Shown here: piece after piece, positions 26,711 to 35,317 of the stretch | How the letters are laid out: every line of letters starts with the position of its first letter | Numbering within the stretch: the first letter of the stretch is position 1 | DNA from: a virus | Length of the DNA: 45,742 bases | IMG/VR virus record: IMGVR_UViG_3300009085_001438 | Strand: one strand, 5' to 3' | The notes under the pieces: model-generated | What the model was told of the DNA's origin: nothing | Database searches by the model: none | Seen by the model: the letters and a program-made list of their open reading frames with translations, nothing else | Position numbers and translations under genes: made by a program

Positions 26711-27399
26711 AATTCCTGCTCCAAAACTGCTGAGATGTAATTGTAAAGAAGTTCCGGCAGAGCCTCTCTAGATTGCTCTACGTGCATGTGCTCACTTAAG
26801 ATAAGTGCTTTTTCTTTGCACCACTCCAAGCAATTAGCTACTATAAGATCTGCTCTTGAAGCTTTTCTACTCTCTCTTGCAATCTGTAAGAGCTCTTCTT
26901 CAGATTTGCCCACTTCTAATTTGAATTTCACAAGAAAGCCTCTGTAACCCCACTCACCCCGGATTTTATCTATAAGTTTCGGTGTTTGTTCAAGTTCAAG
27001 AAATAACTTAGAGTGTTTTGAGGAGATTTTAGTAGCAGCATCCACTTGCTGCAAAGACACTCCATCGTCTTGGAACGTGTGTGTTGCTACCACTCTATAG
27101 TCACTTACTGCAGCTGAGTGAACAACAGCATCATAATTTCCTGCCTGGATTTGAGTCTGCATTAAAGCAGCTAATTCATCAAATGTTCTGTAAGGGAACA
27201 CCACCTTTGGATGGTGCTTATAATTATAATGTGTTGCTTTAGCTAATTCCGGGTTAGATGTTATCAAAGTAACATTAGCGTTTTGGCTTGCAAAATACTC
27301 AGCAATCATTGACCCCGTGGTGCCTTTAAAAATGTTTGTAATAGCACGTACTTTATCAATAGGTGTTTGTGTAGCTCCAGCTGTTATTAGAACACGCAT
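26704..27399 (-). CDS. coaB: phosphopantothenate-cysteine ligase (CoaB domain, stand-alone)
   Basis: MRVLITAGATQTPIDKVRAITNIFKGTTGSMIA...ANVTLITS aligns with the E. coli Dfp CoaB half [32 protein letters not shown]...ANVTLVSG. Start set at MRVLITAG, preceded by AAAAGGAA. Confidence 0.85.
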   Translation of the reverse strand: MRVLITAGATQTPIDKVRAITNIFKGTTGSMIAEYFASQNANVTLITSNPELAKATHYNYKHHPKVVFPYRTFDELAALMQTQIQAGNYDAVVHSAAVSDYRVVATHTFQDDGVSLQQVDAATKISSKHSKLFLELEQTPKLIDKIRGEWGYRGFLVKFKLEVGKSEEELLQIARESRKASRADLIVANCLEWCKEKALILSEHMHVEQSREALPELLYNYISAVLEQELW

Positions 27400-27412
27400 A
27401 AAATTTCCTTTT

Positions 27413-27748
27413 TCATATTTGTAGCATGCCAGAAGGCTGCTGAATAATAGGTTTTGGATACCAGTCAAACACATCTAATAATGTTTTTTGCAGAATACAG
27501 AGTGGGCGCATCTCCCGGCTCTCTACAATCACTTTGGGGTAATCAAACACTAAATTACCAACTCGGTCCGATATGGTGATATTGCGCAAATAGAGTTGCG
27601 GTTGATCCTGAACAACACAACTTAACATAAACACCGCAGTTGCACATGCAAGAACAGCACTCCAATACATACTCCGACGATCTTTATAGATACCGTATCC
27701 AAAATACACTAAACCTGCTAGCAAGTACAGCAATGCAAGGAGATCCAT
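27413..27748 (-). CDS. small membrane protein
   Basis: MDLLALLYLLAGLVYFGYGIY...AVLACATAVFMLSCVV gives two TM helices. Confidence 0.4.
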   Translation of the reverse strand: MDLLALLYLLAGLVYFGYGIYKDRRSMYWSAVLACATAVFMLSCVVQDQPQLYLRNITISDRVGNLVFDYPKVIVESREMRPLCILQKTLLDVFDWYPKPIIQQPSGMLQI

Positions 27749-27841
27749 TTAATTTATTCCTTATAGATGATCAAGTTGCTAATCACTAAGCTAACACTAG
27801 ATAAGAGCGGGGGGTGGCTCTCATCTAGCGTGATTGTAATG

Positions 27842-27997
27842 CTACAAAGTAACGTTAGCGTCTGCAGCTGGAGTATTGCTATCCAGTAATTCCACCTGAG
27901 CCGGAGCTTCAACTTGAGTTTCAGACCGTCCGCAACCAAAAGTTCCGATTGTTAAAACAAAAACAACTAAAAGCAACATGCAAGTAAATTTCTTCAT
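27842..27997 (-). CDS. small putative lipoprotein (51 aa), below the ORF-track cutoff
   Basis: CAGGAGAAAATAT-ATG start. Reads MKKFTCMLLLVVFVLTIGTFGC|GRSETQ..., a signal peptide ending at Cys. Confidence 0.4.
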   Translation of the reverse strand: MKKFTCMLLLVVFVLTIGTFGCGRSETQVEAPAQVELLDSNTPAADANVTL

Positions 27998-28070
27998 ATA
28001 TTTTCTCCTGAAAAGTTAAATTACATAAAAAATTAAAAGGAACCCAAACTAACAAGAGACGCTGTGCACA

Positions 28071-28610
28071 TCACCTCTTTTTGTTTAGCTGTTCTTGAAT
28101 GAAAGCTATAACGTCTTTGGTGGAAGGTAATTTACCTATACCTACCGCACCACACACTAAATGGCCCGTACCGGGCTCCATAATTGTCCACCCAAAGCTT
28201 TTTAATGTATTTACATTTCTCTGTGTAATTGGATTTAACCACATGTTAGTATTCATAGCTGGAAAGAGAAACAACTTATGCACTGAATACTCTACTGCTA
28301 CAATTGTGGATGTTGGTAAATCGTCTGCAATACCTGCAGCTATTTTTGCTATAATGTTAGCTGTAGCTGGTGCAACTATGATTATCTTATTATGCTGTGC
28401 TGCATGCACATGCACTGGTGTATTTTTATCGTCCACGTACAGTGTATCACAAATATTTGCTAAAGAAGCTTCCGTGACAAAATTCAAAGCCTCTTTAGTA
28501 GCCATAGCATTCACTTCACATAATAAGGCTTTTTGTAAGCCGGAAATTATATCCAAACTCTTGTATGCAGCTATTCCTCCGGACACTACTACCAATATAG
28601 GTGAACTCAT
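28071..28610 (-). CDS. coaC: phosphopantothenoylcysteine decarboxylase (CoaC flavoprotein, stand-alone)
   Basis: MSSPILVVVSGGIAAYKSLDI...VAPATANIIAKIAAGIADDL...FPAMNTNMW aligns with the Dfp N-terminal domain KKIVLGVSGGIAAYK...LAPATADLIARVAAGMANDL...LPAMNQQMY. Start placed at the internal Met, preceded by AGGAGG, which gives a 4-nt overlap with the upstream gene. Confidence 0.85.
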   Translation of the reverse strand: MSSPILVVVSGGIAAYKSLDIISGLQKALLCEVNAMATKEALNFVTEASLANICDTLYVDDKNTPVHVHAAQHNKIIIVAPATANIIAKIAAGIADDLPTSTIVAVEYSVHKLFLFPAMNTNMWLNPITQRNVNTLKSFGWTIMEPGTGHLVCGAVGIGKLPSTKDVIAFIQEQLNKKR

Positions 28611-29050
28611 TTTGTGCCTCCTAGCAACATGTCTTGGAGGAAAGGGTCTGTAGCGTGATTTGCAAGACATTCAGCAGCTACACTCTTGTTTACCGCAAGG
28701 GCTGCTCTTGCAATTCTATCAGTTACATTTGCACCTAAGCTTAATAGTTCTTCAATAATTTCAGCTGTAATGCGCCGCCGCTCACCTAAAATAAAACAAT
28801 CTGTTTTCCACTTCCGGAACTCACCAAGTTTGTGGGGGTTCTCATACACTTGAGATTCCGGAGTAAGTGTTACGGACCTAATCCAAGGCCCATACTCTAA
28901 AAATGCCAATATATCTTCACGTGCAAAATACATTCCACCAGGTGCACAATCTCCGGAAGGATTAAATGGAAGTGCATCTTTATTGAAACCTGTGCGGTAT
29001 TGCATACCTCCATGTTTTTCATCTTCCTTTAAAATCTTGTAGTTTTGCAT
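28607..29050 (-). CDS. hypothetical protein
   Basis: 147-aa ORF. Confidence 0.45.
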   Translation of the reverse strand: MQNYKILKEDEKHGGMQYRTGFNKDALPFNPSGDCAPGGMYFAREDILAFLEYGPWIRSVTLTPESQVYENPHKLGEFRKWKTDCFILGERRRITAEIIEELLSLGANVTDRIARAALAVNKSVAAECLANHATDPFLQDMLLGGTK

Positions 29051-29059
29051 AGCACCCCT

Positions 29060-29497
29060 CTAAAAAAGGTCCATCACCTGCTGAGTGGTAAGTTTCAGCA
29101 CTGGGAAACTCCAACCTCTCGACGGACTCTCATTCCAGCCCACAGCACAATGATTTTTCAACAAACACCAACTATAAACATGTTTATGAGTCCCTGGCCA
29201 AGGTTTCCACTGCTCATCTTGCTGTAACGAGTACTCTTTCAACACGTTTGTGTGAAGTAGCTTCTCCACTTTTTTAGGTACTTCTGCACCTTCAGGGAGC
29301 CAATCACGTAGTTCAGCGGTGCGTGTTAGTGCTAAGGACACCTCTTCCACTTCCTCATTAAATTCCACATGTAAAGTGGTTGGATCAGGGTTTACAAAAT
29401 CCAGCTTTTGGCATGTGGAGGTGTACACTCCTCTACCTCTGTGCTGATGAATTATAACGGTACCGCCAAGCAAGCGTTTTTTATCTTGAATTTGCAT
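29060..29497 (-). CDS. hypothetical protein
   Basis: 145-aa ORF. Confidence 0.45.
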   Translation of the reverse strand: MQIQDKKRLLGGTVIIHQHRGRGVYTSTCQKLDFVNPDPTTLHVEFNEEVEEVSLALTRTAELRDWLPEGAEVPKKVEKLLHTNVLKEYSLQQDEQWKPWPGTHKHVYSWCLLKNHCAVGWNESPSRGWSFPVLKLTTQQVMDLF

Positions 29498-29507
29498 GGT
29501 TTTCTCC

Positions 29508-29714
29508 TTATCTTTTAATTACTTCCGGCTCTATACCAAAATGTTCTCTCACGTACTCTACTCCTTTACCTTTTGGAGCATCAAATCTAATACTTAGTGG
29601 AGTTGAATCCACTTCTTTTGGAAAAGGAGAGGGTAAGTCAGTCAAAATTGATACATAATCACCACGTCCTGGTGCGATAAGAACTGTAATTTTTGTAATG
29701 TTCAGTTTGTCCAT
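29508..29714 (-). CDS. hypothetical protein
   Basis: 68-aa ORF downstream of promoter copy D. Confidence 0.4.
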   Translation of the reverse strand: MDKLNITKITVLIAPGRGDYVSILTDLPSPFPKEVDSTPLSIRFDAPKGKGVEYVREHFGIEPEVIKR

Positions 29715-29744
29715 GTCTCTCTCTCCTTCTTTTGTAGGTGTATG

Positions 29745-29785
29745 TTTAAATTACACATACAAAAGCTGGGAAGATCCAGTTTTCA
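29745..29785 (-). promoter_or_regulatory. conserved promoter element copy D (degenerate: CTGGAT-N18-TGTAAT)
   Basis: rc of 29774..29779 is CTGGAT and rc of 29750..29755 is TGTAAT. Confidence 0.35.
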
Positions 29786-29791
29786 TGTGGT

Positions 29792-30373
29792 TTATTTTAC
29801 TAAAGGTTTATCTTGCTCTAAACGCTCGATTTTTTCCGTAAACTCTGGCCACTGTGAAAGTATACCCTTTGCCCATTGGTCCACTTGAAATTCCTTAGCT
29901 AAATTGAAAAAGAACTTCCAGCATTGCTCAGTTTCTATTCGGATCCTAGCTGCGAAGTTCTTTTGAGCATTTGTTTGAGCTTTTCGCCATAAGATTTCGG
30001 AGACAAATTGATGGGAGTTAACCGGCGGTATTTTAACACCAAGACTTGCACTATTGAGATTAGCTCTGTAGAGATTGGTTCGGTAGAGAACAGCTTGATA
30101 GAGGTTGGCTTGATAGAGGTTGGCTTGGTAAAGGTCAGCGCCTGCAAGATTAGCTTCTTGCAAATTTGCCATCTCAAGACTTACTCCTCTAAGAGCAGCA
30201 TTTTGCAAATCAGCTCCTTGCAAATCAGCTCCTTGCAAGTTAGCTTGATAAAAATTAGCTCCTTGCAAGTTAGCTTGATAAAAATTAGCTCCTTGCAAGT
30301 TAACTTGACAAAAATCAAGATTATCAGTTTCAAACAAAACAATATTTGGATCAAATCTGTTAACTATTTTCAT
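29792..30373 (-). CDS. pentapeptide-repeat protein (Qnr/MfpA-like)
   Basis: About 20 consecutive A(N/D)LxxA(N/D)L pentapeptides (ANLQGANFYQANLQGANFYQANLQGADLQGADLQNAALRG...ANLYQANLYQAVLYRTNLYRANL). Confidence 0.85.
   Translation of the reverse strand: MKIVNRFDPNIVLFETDNLDFCQVNLQGANFYQANLQGANFYQANLQGADLQGADLQNAALRGVSLEMANLQEANLAGADLYQANLYQANLYQAVLYRTNLYRANLNSASLGVKIPPVNSHQFVSEILWRKAQTNAQKNFAARIRIETEQCWKFFFNLAKEFQVDQWAKGILSQWPEFTEKIERLEQDKPLVK
30040..30335. repeat. tandem 15-nt (pentapeptide-encoding) DNA repeats inside the pentapeptide-repeat gene
   Basis: Reiterated ttgcaag-ttagcttgataaaaattagctcc units are visible in the sequence. They are coding, not CRISPR. Confidence 0.7.
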
Positions 30374-30564
30374 TTAACACCTCCTTCTTGAAGCGCTGTG
30401 CAGATGATTTGTTCAAATTCTGATTTCGAATAGCTTTTTACCAGCTCTTGCATTAACTTATCAATGTTCACACTTGTTAACGTAACATTCAAGCTACTTG
30501 CTTGAGTAGCAGCTGCTACGGAACTACATTCAATATCTAAATGTCCTAAGAATCTCATACTCAC
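30370..30564 (-). CDS. hypothetical protein
   Basis: 64-aa ORF. Confidence 0.35.
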   Translation of the reverse strand: MSMRFLGHLDIECSSVAAATQASSLNVTLTSVNIDKLMQELVKSYSKSEFEQIICTALQEGGVK

Positions 30565-30570
30565 CTCTTT

Positions 30571-30819
30571 TTACTTAGATACTAATTTGTTTTTTAAAAG
30601 CAAGCTAAAGTTTTTCTTAAAATCTTTATTTGAGGTTGGTTTGGAAATTCTCCAACCAAAGGAGTATAACGTAATTTGTTCCGGACCGCAATTAAACTGC
30701 AACCCTTCCGCCCAATGAATTGTAACTTCGCCAGTTACTCCACACCTCTCAAACATCCGCTTAACTTGAGCTAAAAGTGCACTGCCAAGCTGTTCCAATT
30801 GCTGAGTTGTAGTATCCAT
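30571..30819 (-). CDS. hypothetical protein
   Basis: 82-aa ORF. Confidence 0.4.
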   Translation of the reverse strand: MDTTTQQLEQLGSALLAQVKRMFERCGVTGEVTIHWAEGLQFNCGPEQITLYSFGWRISKPTSNKDFKKNFSLLLKNKLVSK

Positions 30820-30832
30820 AGAGAGCTCCTTT

Positions 30833-31156
30833 CTACATGGTTACGCAATGCACCACATTCCAATAGCCTTGAGGGCGTGTTGTTAACGCTTTTCCTTTTT
30901 TACCACGAGCATTTAATAACTCAGTGCCGCCACCTGGACGGATACATATATGTCTCCGAGTCCTGTACAAATAAGCCGCTGTACCATCATCCTTTTTTAA
31001 ACCCACTTCCGTTCTCACAAACACTAAAGCACTTCTCGGTTGATGTTCCGTCACTTCAAACGTTTTGTATTCATGCTCTTCCGGGTGACCATAACTATCA
31101 TGGTCCAAAATATCCACTTTTAATTGATCAATAATTGCTTGCTGCTTCTTGGTCAT
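30833..31156 (-). CDS. hypothetical protein
   Basis: 107-aa ORF downstream of promoter copy E. Confidence 0.45.
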   Translation of the reverse strand: MTKKQQAIIDQLKVDILDHDSYGHPEEHEYKTFEVTEHQPRSALVFVRTEVGLKKDDGTAAYLYRTRRHICIRPGGGTELLNARGKKGKALTTRPQGYWNVVHCVTM

Positions 31157-31177
31157 AGCACACTCCTTCTTTATTTT

Positions 31178-31218
31178 CTTTAATTATACCAAGAAAGTAA
31201 GCAAAAATCAAGTTTTTT
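31178..31218 (-). promoter_or_regulatory. conserved promoter element copy E (TTGATT-N17-TATAAT)
   Basis: rc of 31206..31211 is TTGATT and rc of 31183..31188 is TATAAT. Confidence 0.5.
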
Positions 31219-31226
31219 ACATTATT

Positions 31227-31622
31227 TCAGTAACATTTCTGGAGCACTGCATAAAGATCTTCCAACGTATCCTCTTCCACCCCTGTTATTTCAATCTCAT
31301 GCGGTGTATCTTGAGTGTAATCAAACTTAAAATCCACCCCACAGCATGTTATTTTATATATTTCATTTAACACATCAAGCGGTGTGCATATAGTAGTTAA
31401 ATCTTTTTCTCGCAATCTAACCGCTATTTCTACTCTACCGCACCGGGCACGTGCAGACCCTACAATGATAGAGCCGACCGTGTAGTTTGTGCAGTTATCT
31501 AACTCATCATTTAGAATAGCTATATAACTGGAATTATTAATTGCTGTTGCTATTTTCTCTAGCACTAAAGGAACAACGGGATAGTGGTGACTAATGTGCA
31601 GCACTGTATTGTATATTAACAT
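31227..31622 (-). CDS. hypothetical protein (tandem paralog of 31624..32055)
   Basis: GSARARCGRVEIAVRLREKDLTTICTPLDVLNEIYKITCCGVDFKF aligns with DSIRARGTRLEAAIKLNPEALKGVCTPTEILNETFKVRCCGLQFTF. Confidence 0.5.
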   Translation of the reverse strand: MLIYNTVLHISHHYPVVPLVLEKIATAINNSSYIAILNDELDNCTNYTVGSIIVGSARARCGRVEIAVRLREKDLTTICTPLDVLNEIYKITCCGVDFKFDYTQDTPHEIEITGVEEDTLEDLYAVLQKCY

Positions 31623-31623
31623 T

Positions 31624-32055
31624 TTATTTTATGTGGTTATCTAAAACACAGTGCGCGTCGTGTAATGAACCGGGTAAAAAAGACGTTATTTTTGCACGTC
31701 CTTTTGCATAAGCTTCTAACCCGGAGATCTGATCCTCCGGACAAGTACTAGCAAACGTAAACTGCAACCCGCAACAACGCACTTTAAATGTTTCATTTAA
31801 AATTTCTGTAGGTGTGCATACACCTTTCAAAGCCTCAGGGTTCAATTTAATTGCTGCTTCTAAACGCGTACCACGTGCTCGAATTGAATCAGGAATAACA
31901 CATCCAAGACCTATGGAACCATCTGCACTATCAATTAAAAGAGCTATTTGGTTTAGATTAACTTCTAGCTCCTTTAAAGCGTGCAATTCCACAGGCATAC
32001 TATTATTACCTAAGTAAAGAGTTGTGTTGAAAATCCTCCATCCAAGTTGTGTCAT
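31624..32055 (-). CDS. hypothetical protein (tandem paralog of 31227..31622)
   Basis: See the paralog entry; 143 aa. Confidence 0.5.
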   Translation of the reverse strand: MTQLGWRIFNTTLYLGNNSMPVELHALKELEVNLNQIALLIDSADGSIGLGCVIPDSIRARGTRLEAAIKLNPEALKGVCTPTEILNETFKVRCCGLQFTFASTCPEDQISGLEAYAKGRAKITSFLPGSLHDAHCVLDNHIK

Positions 32056-32076
32056 CTTGATCTCCTTAAAGGGTTT

Positions 32077-32502
32077 TCACACAAACGCCACTGATGAAAA
32101 AGGTTGTAAGTTAACAGGGTCATAGCACACAATGTCAAACTCTTTTTTACAAGCGATACATTGCAGTCTATATTGCCCAGTTTCTGGTTTCCACACTAAA
32201 TTTTGATGACTACATGCACGCTTTTGCGTCGTTTGTTCTTCTGATGTCTCGGCACATAATTCGTCTAGATCATCCTCGGTAACCTCTTTTACCGCAGGCA
32301 TAACTAAGCTAGCTGCTTCTTCTACTCTATCTTCAGCAGCTAAAATGTTTTTGAAACTTTGCACAAGTTTCTGAATGTATTCTTGTTTCTTGTTTTCATC
32401 CCGAGCAAAAAGAACAGCTTTGCCGAATAATTTAAACACAAATCCTTGAAACTTTCCACCCAAATTCATAGGAGTACAAGTAAGAGCTTGTTCGTTATCC
32501 AT
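32077..32502 (-). CDS. hypothetical protein with C-terminal Cys cluster
   Basis: 141 aa; C-terminus reads CSHQNLVWKPETGQYRLQCIACKKEFDIVCYD. Confidence 0.45.
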   Translation of the reverse strand: MDNEQALTCTPMNLGGKFQGFVFKLFGKAVLFARDENKKQEYIQKLVQSFKNILAAEDRVEEAASLVMPAVKEVTEDDLDELCAETSEEQTTQKRACSHQNLVWKPETGQYRLQCIACKKEFDIVCYDPVNLQPFSSVAFV

Positions 32503-32515
32503 GTTGCACCTCTAT

Positions 32516-34396
32516 TTAATGGGTTGTTAGAAACGTTTCTAATATTTTACAATACTCCGGGTATAATATTTCATCTATGTTTGCAATTGATATAGCTACA
32601 TTATGCTGGGTGCAAATTTCTACAAACCGCTGGGGAGAAATTTTAGTATGGTGTAGTAACTCTTGAATAACAGCTTTAAACAGGTCCACATGTTTTAGTA
32701 AAATTCCATATGCTTCAGACGTAGCTGTGCATACAATAGCTTCTATAGTGTTGTTTGTAAGCTGCATATCTGTGTTAAATTTAGAAGCTCCCTCTAAAGA
32801 AGACGCAACCGTTTTACTTACCCTATTAAAAAATCCATACTCCCGTTCTAACCGAGCTACAAGTTTTGTAGCTTGATCAATATCAGCTACACACCCTGCA
32901 GTCCGTTTTTCTTCTCCGAATACTAATCGCTCAGCCTGGGTGCCGGCCATCAGCACTGCAAGTTTTTTCAGCTCCCACTCTTTACACGTGCAACGCATGT
33001 GCTGCCCTATGAACCCTTCAGCATCACCGCAGGTGTTACTAACAATTTGCGTCGGAGCTCTATTAAATAAAACTGCATACACTGTAGCATGCCCCGCTTC
33101 GTGCACGCTGATGCTAGCTTGTTTATCCACCTCTAAACTGCGTTTGTGCCTCAGAGCGTCTAAGGACCCAATATATTTAACTCGCTCTACACATTCCCCA
33201 ATCTGAGCTTCAATATGCTGACCCTCATATTTAATAGAAACTCGAGTAATGTTTGATGTAAAAGCTTTTAACAGAAAGTGCGGGAGATTTGCTTCTAACA
33301 CTTCAGTAATTGTAGAGAACACTGGACGTGTGCCTTGTGCTGGGAACACTCCATTCCTATATATTAACTCTATCACACTTGCATCCACATCTATCTTAAT
33401 ACCAAACTGGTCAGATAAACGCGAAACAATTTCCTCAATTTTTCGTTTTATAATTACTTGAAATGCTTTTTTATTTAATGAGGGATACGTAATGTGTATG
33501 TTACCTAAACGAGCTATCTGTTCTGGTTTAAACCGTCTGCGGAGTGCTTTTTTGACATCTACTAATGTAACTTGCTGAGCTGCTGCCCAGTACGCGTCAG
33601 CATCTGTATCTGCTTCTCCAACATCTTGAGCAATCTCATAAGCTTCATCTAAATTACCAGATACAAAAATGAGCAATTTAGAGTAATCCTCGTGATTGTA
33701 GACTGTCTTACTCTCCATTTGCTGAGCGATTAACTCTAACAGCGCAGCATCATCCCATGCAGCTATCTCCTCCAAACTAGCTTCAATGCGGAGCATTTTC
33801 TTCAAGTATCTTAATTGGTAGTAAGATGGGGATGTATCCTCCTCACCCTTACTGTGTTTTTTAATTTTCTTTGCTTTCTTGTTCCATAGAATTTGAAATA
33901 AATATTCCATAGAAGCTCTGGGGAGTTTACCATCACTAAGAAGAGTCCAGATGTCTTGAAAAGTATCACAATCGGTTATTTCGTGCCCTTCTTCATCTAC
34001 AGTGCGAAATCGCTGCAACTCATCTAACAAAAGAACTCCAGGTTTGCCCGGTTCAATGTTATCATTTTCCCTTAGGAGACCTCCAATACTACTTTGGTAT
34101 GAAAAGGAATCCCGATTAGCTGGGCCTGCATTGGTTAACTCAATTTCACAAAAACGGTCTGCAAAATCTAGATGCTTCACCAACTTACGCACTAGATCTG
34201 TTTTGCCGACTCCGGTAGGCCCCCACAAATTCACAATAGTAGGTCTGAGTAACAGTTCCGGCATAATAAACCAAGTACGCACATTATGAAGGATTTTATC
34301 AATAACACTATCAATTCCTACAAAATCTTCTTTTAAACGCACGCCAGCCTCTTGCAACACGGCATTTTTTGCTCTGAATAACTGTTGATCAAACAT
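32516..34396 (-). CDS. soluble AAA+ ATPase fused to an FtsH-type (M41) zinc metalloprotease domain
   Basis: Walker A NLWGPTGVGKTDLVRKL and Walker B GVLLLDELQRF. C-terminal region carries VHEAGHATVYAVLF (HEAGH, the FtsH/M41 zinc motif). No TM segment at the N-terminus. Confidence 0.7.
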   Translation of the reverse strand: MFDQQLFRAKNAVLQEAGVRLKEDFVGIDSVIDKILHNVRTWFIMPELLLRPTIVNLWGPTGVGKTDLVRKLVKHLDFADRFCEIELTNAGPANRDSFSYQSSIGGLLRENDNIEPGKPGVLLLDELQRFRTVDEEGHEITDCDTFQDIWTLLSDGKLPRASMEYLFQILWNKKAKKIKKHSKGEEDTSPSYYQLRYLKKMLRIEASLEEIAAWDDAALLELIAQQMESKTVYNHEDYSKLLIFVSGNLDEAYEIAQDVGEADTDADAYWAAAQQVTLVDVKKALRRRFKPEQIARLGNIHITYPSLNKKAFQVIIKRKIEEIVSRLSDQFGIKIDVDASVIELIYRNGVFPAQGTRPVFSTITEVLEANLPHFLLKAFTSNITRVSIKYEGQHIEAQIGECVERVKYIGSLDALRHKRSLEVDKQASISVHEAGHATVYAVLFNRAPTQIVSNTCGDAEGFIGQHMRCTCKEWELKKLAVLMAGTQAERLVFGEEKRTAGCVADIDQATKLVARLEREYGFFNRVSKTVASSLEGASKFNTDMQLTNNTIEAIVCTATSEAYGILLKHVDLFKAVIQELLHHTKISPQRFVEICTQHNVAISIANIDEILYPEYCKILETFLTTH

Positions 34397-35008
34397 TTAC
34401 TCACCTCGAATATGGGCAATTGTAGACCATTTGAGTCGCGCTATTTGACGAAGTTGTTCGTCAGTGCATTTCTTGAGAAATGACACTGTTTTTGGATCCG
34501 ATGGATATCCAGATCCAAAATCTCCATAAGTTTGACGCAAACCGCTGATTACATGATCTCGTAATACTTTTGCAACAATAGAAGCAGCAGAAACCACTAC
34601 GTAATTCTGATCTGCTTTATTTTCTGCACAGATCTTAATCGATGGCTCTACTAAGCTCTGGATTGTGTCATTATACGTAATCAATCCCTTGCCGCTTGCT
34701 GGAGCATCAATATATGCAATATCCGGTACTAAAGCTCTCACAATTTTTACATCAGCTTGAAGAGTTAACTCATTTAAGTTACCTGCATCAATCTCTTCAA
34801 CACCGATGTAAAAAACACAAAATGCTTTTACGTGTCTTAGTATGTGTAAAAACAAAACATTACGCTTATGCGGTGAAAGCAGTTTTGAGTCCTTAACACC
34901 TAATTCTCGTAAAAGTACCTCCTTATTGCTATCAATGCAAACTCCTGCAACGACCATTGGACCGATTACACAACCGCGCCCGGCTTCATCCACACCTGCA
35001 ATATTCAT
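34397..35008 (-). CDS. rnhB: ribonuclease HII
   Basis: MNIAGVDEAGRGCVIGPMVVAGV matches the RNase HII N-terminal catalytic motif (GxDEAGRGp..GP.V.A.V). 203 aa. Confidence 0.85.
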   Translation of the reverse strand: MNIAGVDEAGRGCVIGPMVVAGVCIDSNKEVLLRELGVKDSKLLSPHKRNVLFLHILRHVKAFCVFYIGVEEIDAGNLNELTLQADVKIVRALVPDIAYIDAPASGKGLITYNDTIQSLVEPSIKICAENKADQNYVVVSAASIVAKVLRDHVISGLRQTYGDFGSGYPSDPKTVSFLKKCTDEQLRQIARLKWSTIAHIRGE

Positions 35009-35317
35009 CTAAGCACTCGGCACGCTTTTACCTTGAAGCACGCACTCACTTTGCACATTGCGCTTCAAATTTTCTACAACTTTTTCTTGTAAATTAGGCG
35101 TGTTCTGCGTGCACTTCGTGCAAAGCCCATAAACAATGCACCGCTGCTTACCTGCGGCAGTGCCAAAAGAAGAATCTGATGTTAACAAAATACCCTTCGT
35201 GTTCGTCTCTTCACCACATAGTACACACGGCATAACAGGCGTGTTTTTTACTGCATTTATAAGGTCCTGTAAAGCTTCTTTAGAAGTTTTCGCTGATGAT
35301 TGGACTCTTTTATTCAT
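35009..35317 (-). CDS. zinc-ribbon hypothetical protein
   Basis: 102 aa with PCVLCGEE...CTKCTQ. Confidence 0.4.
   Translation of the reverse strand: MNKRVQSSAKTSKEALQDLINAVKNTPVMPCVLCGEETNTKGILLTSDSSFGTAAGKQRCIVYGLCTKCTQNTPNLQEKVVENLKRNVQSECVLQGKSVPSA

Noticed and set aside
27754-27939. 61-aa ORF MVADGLKLKLKLRLRW... from the track
   Set aside because: Low-complexity with no SD. It overlaps, in another frame, a better-supported 51-aa signal-peptide lipoprotein ORF (27842..27997) that has a clear SD.
28099-28653. 184-aa plus-strand ORF, and all the other plus-strand ORFs in the track (e.g. 235..435, 4045..4389, 20174..20440, 35570..36031)
   Set aside because: Each lies antisense within a well-supported minus-strand gene (here coaC). 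They lack SD motifs and recognisable domains, so they are shadow ORFs of the opposite strand.
30040-30335. CRISPR-like short tandem repeats
   Set aside because: The repeats are contiguous 15-nt units without spacers and lie inside an ORF, where they encode pentapeptide repeats.
32516-34396. An authentic FtsH ortholog
   Set aside because: There is no N-terminal transmembrane/periplasmic region, and the Walker A is GPTGVGKT rather than GPPGTGKT. Called instead a soluble AAA+/M41-like fusion.
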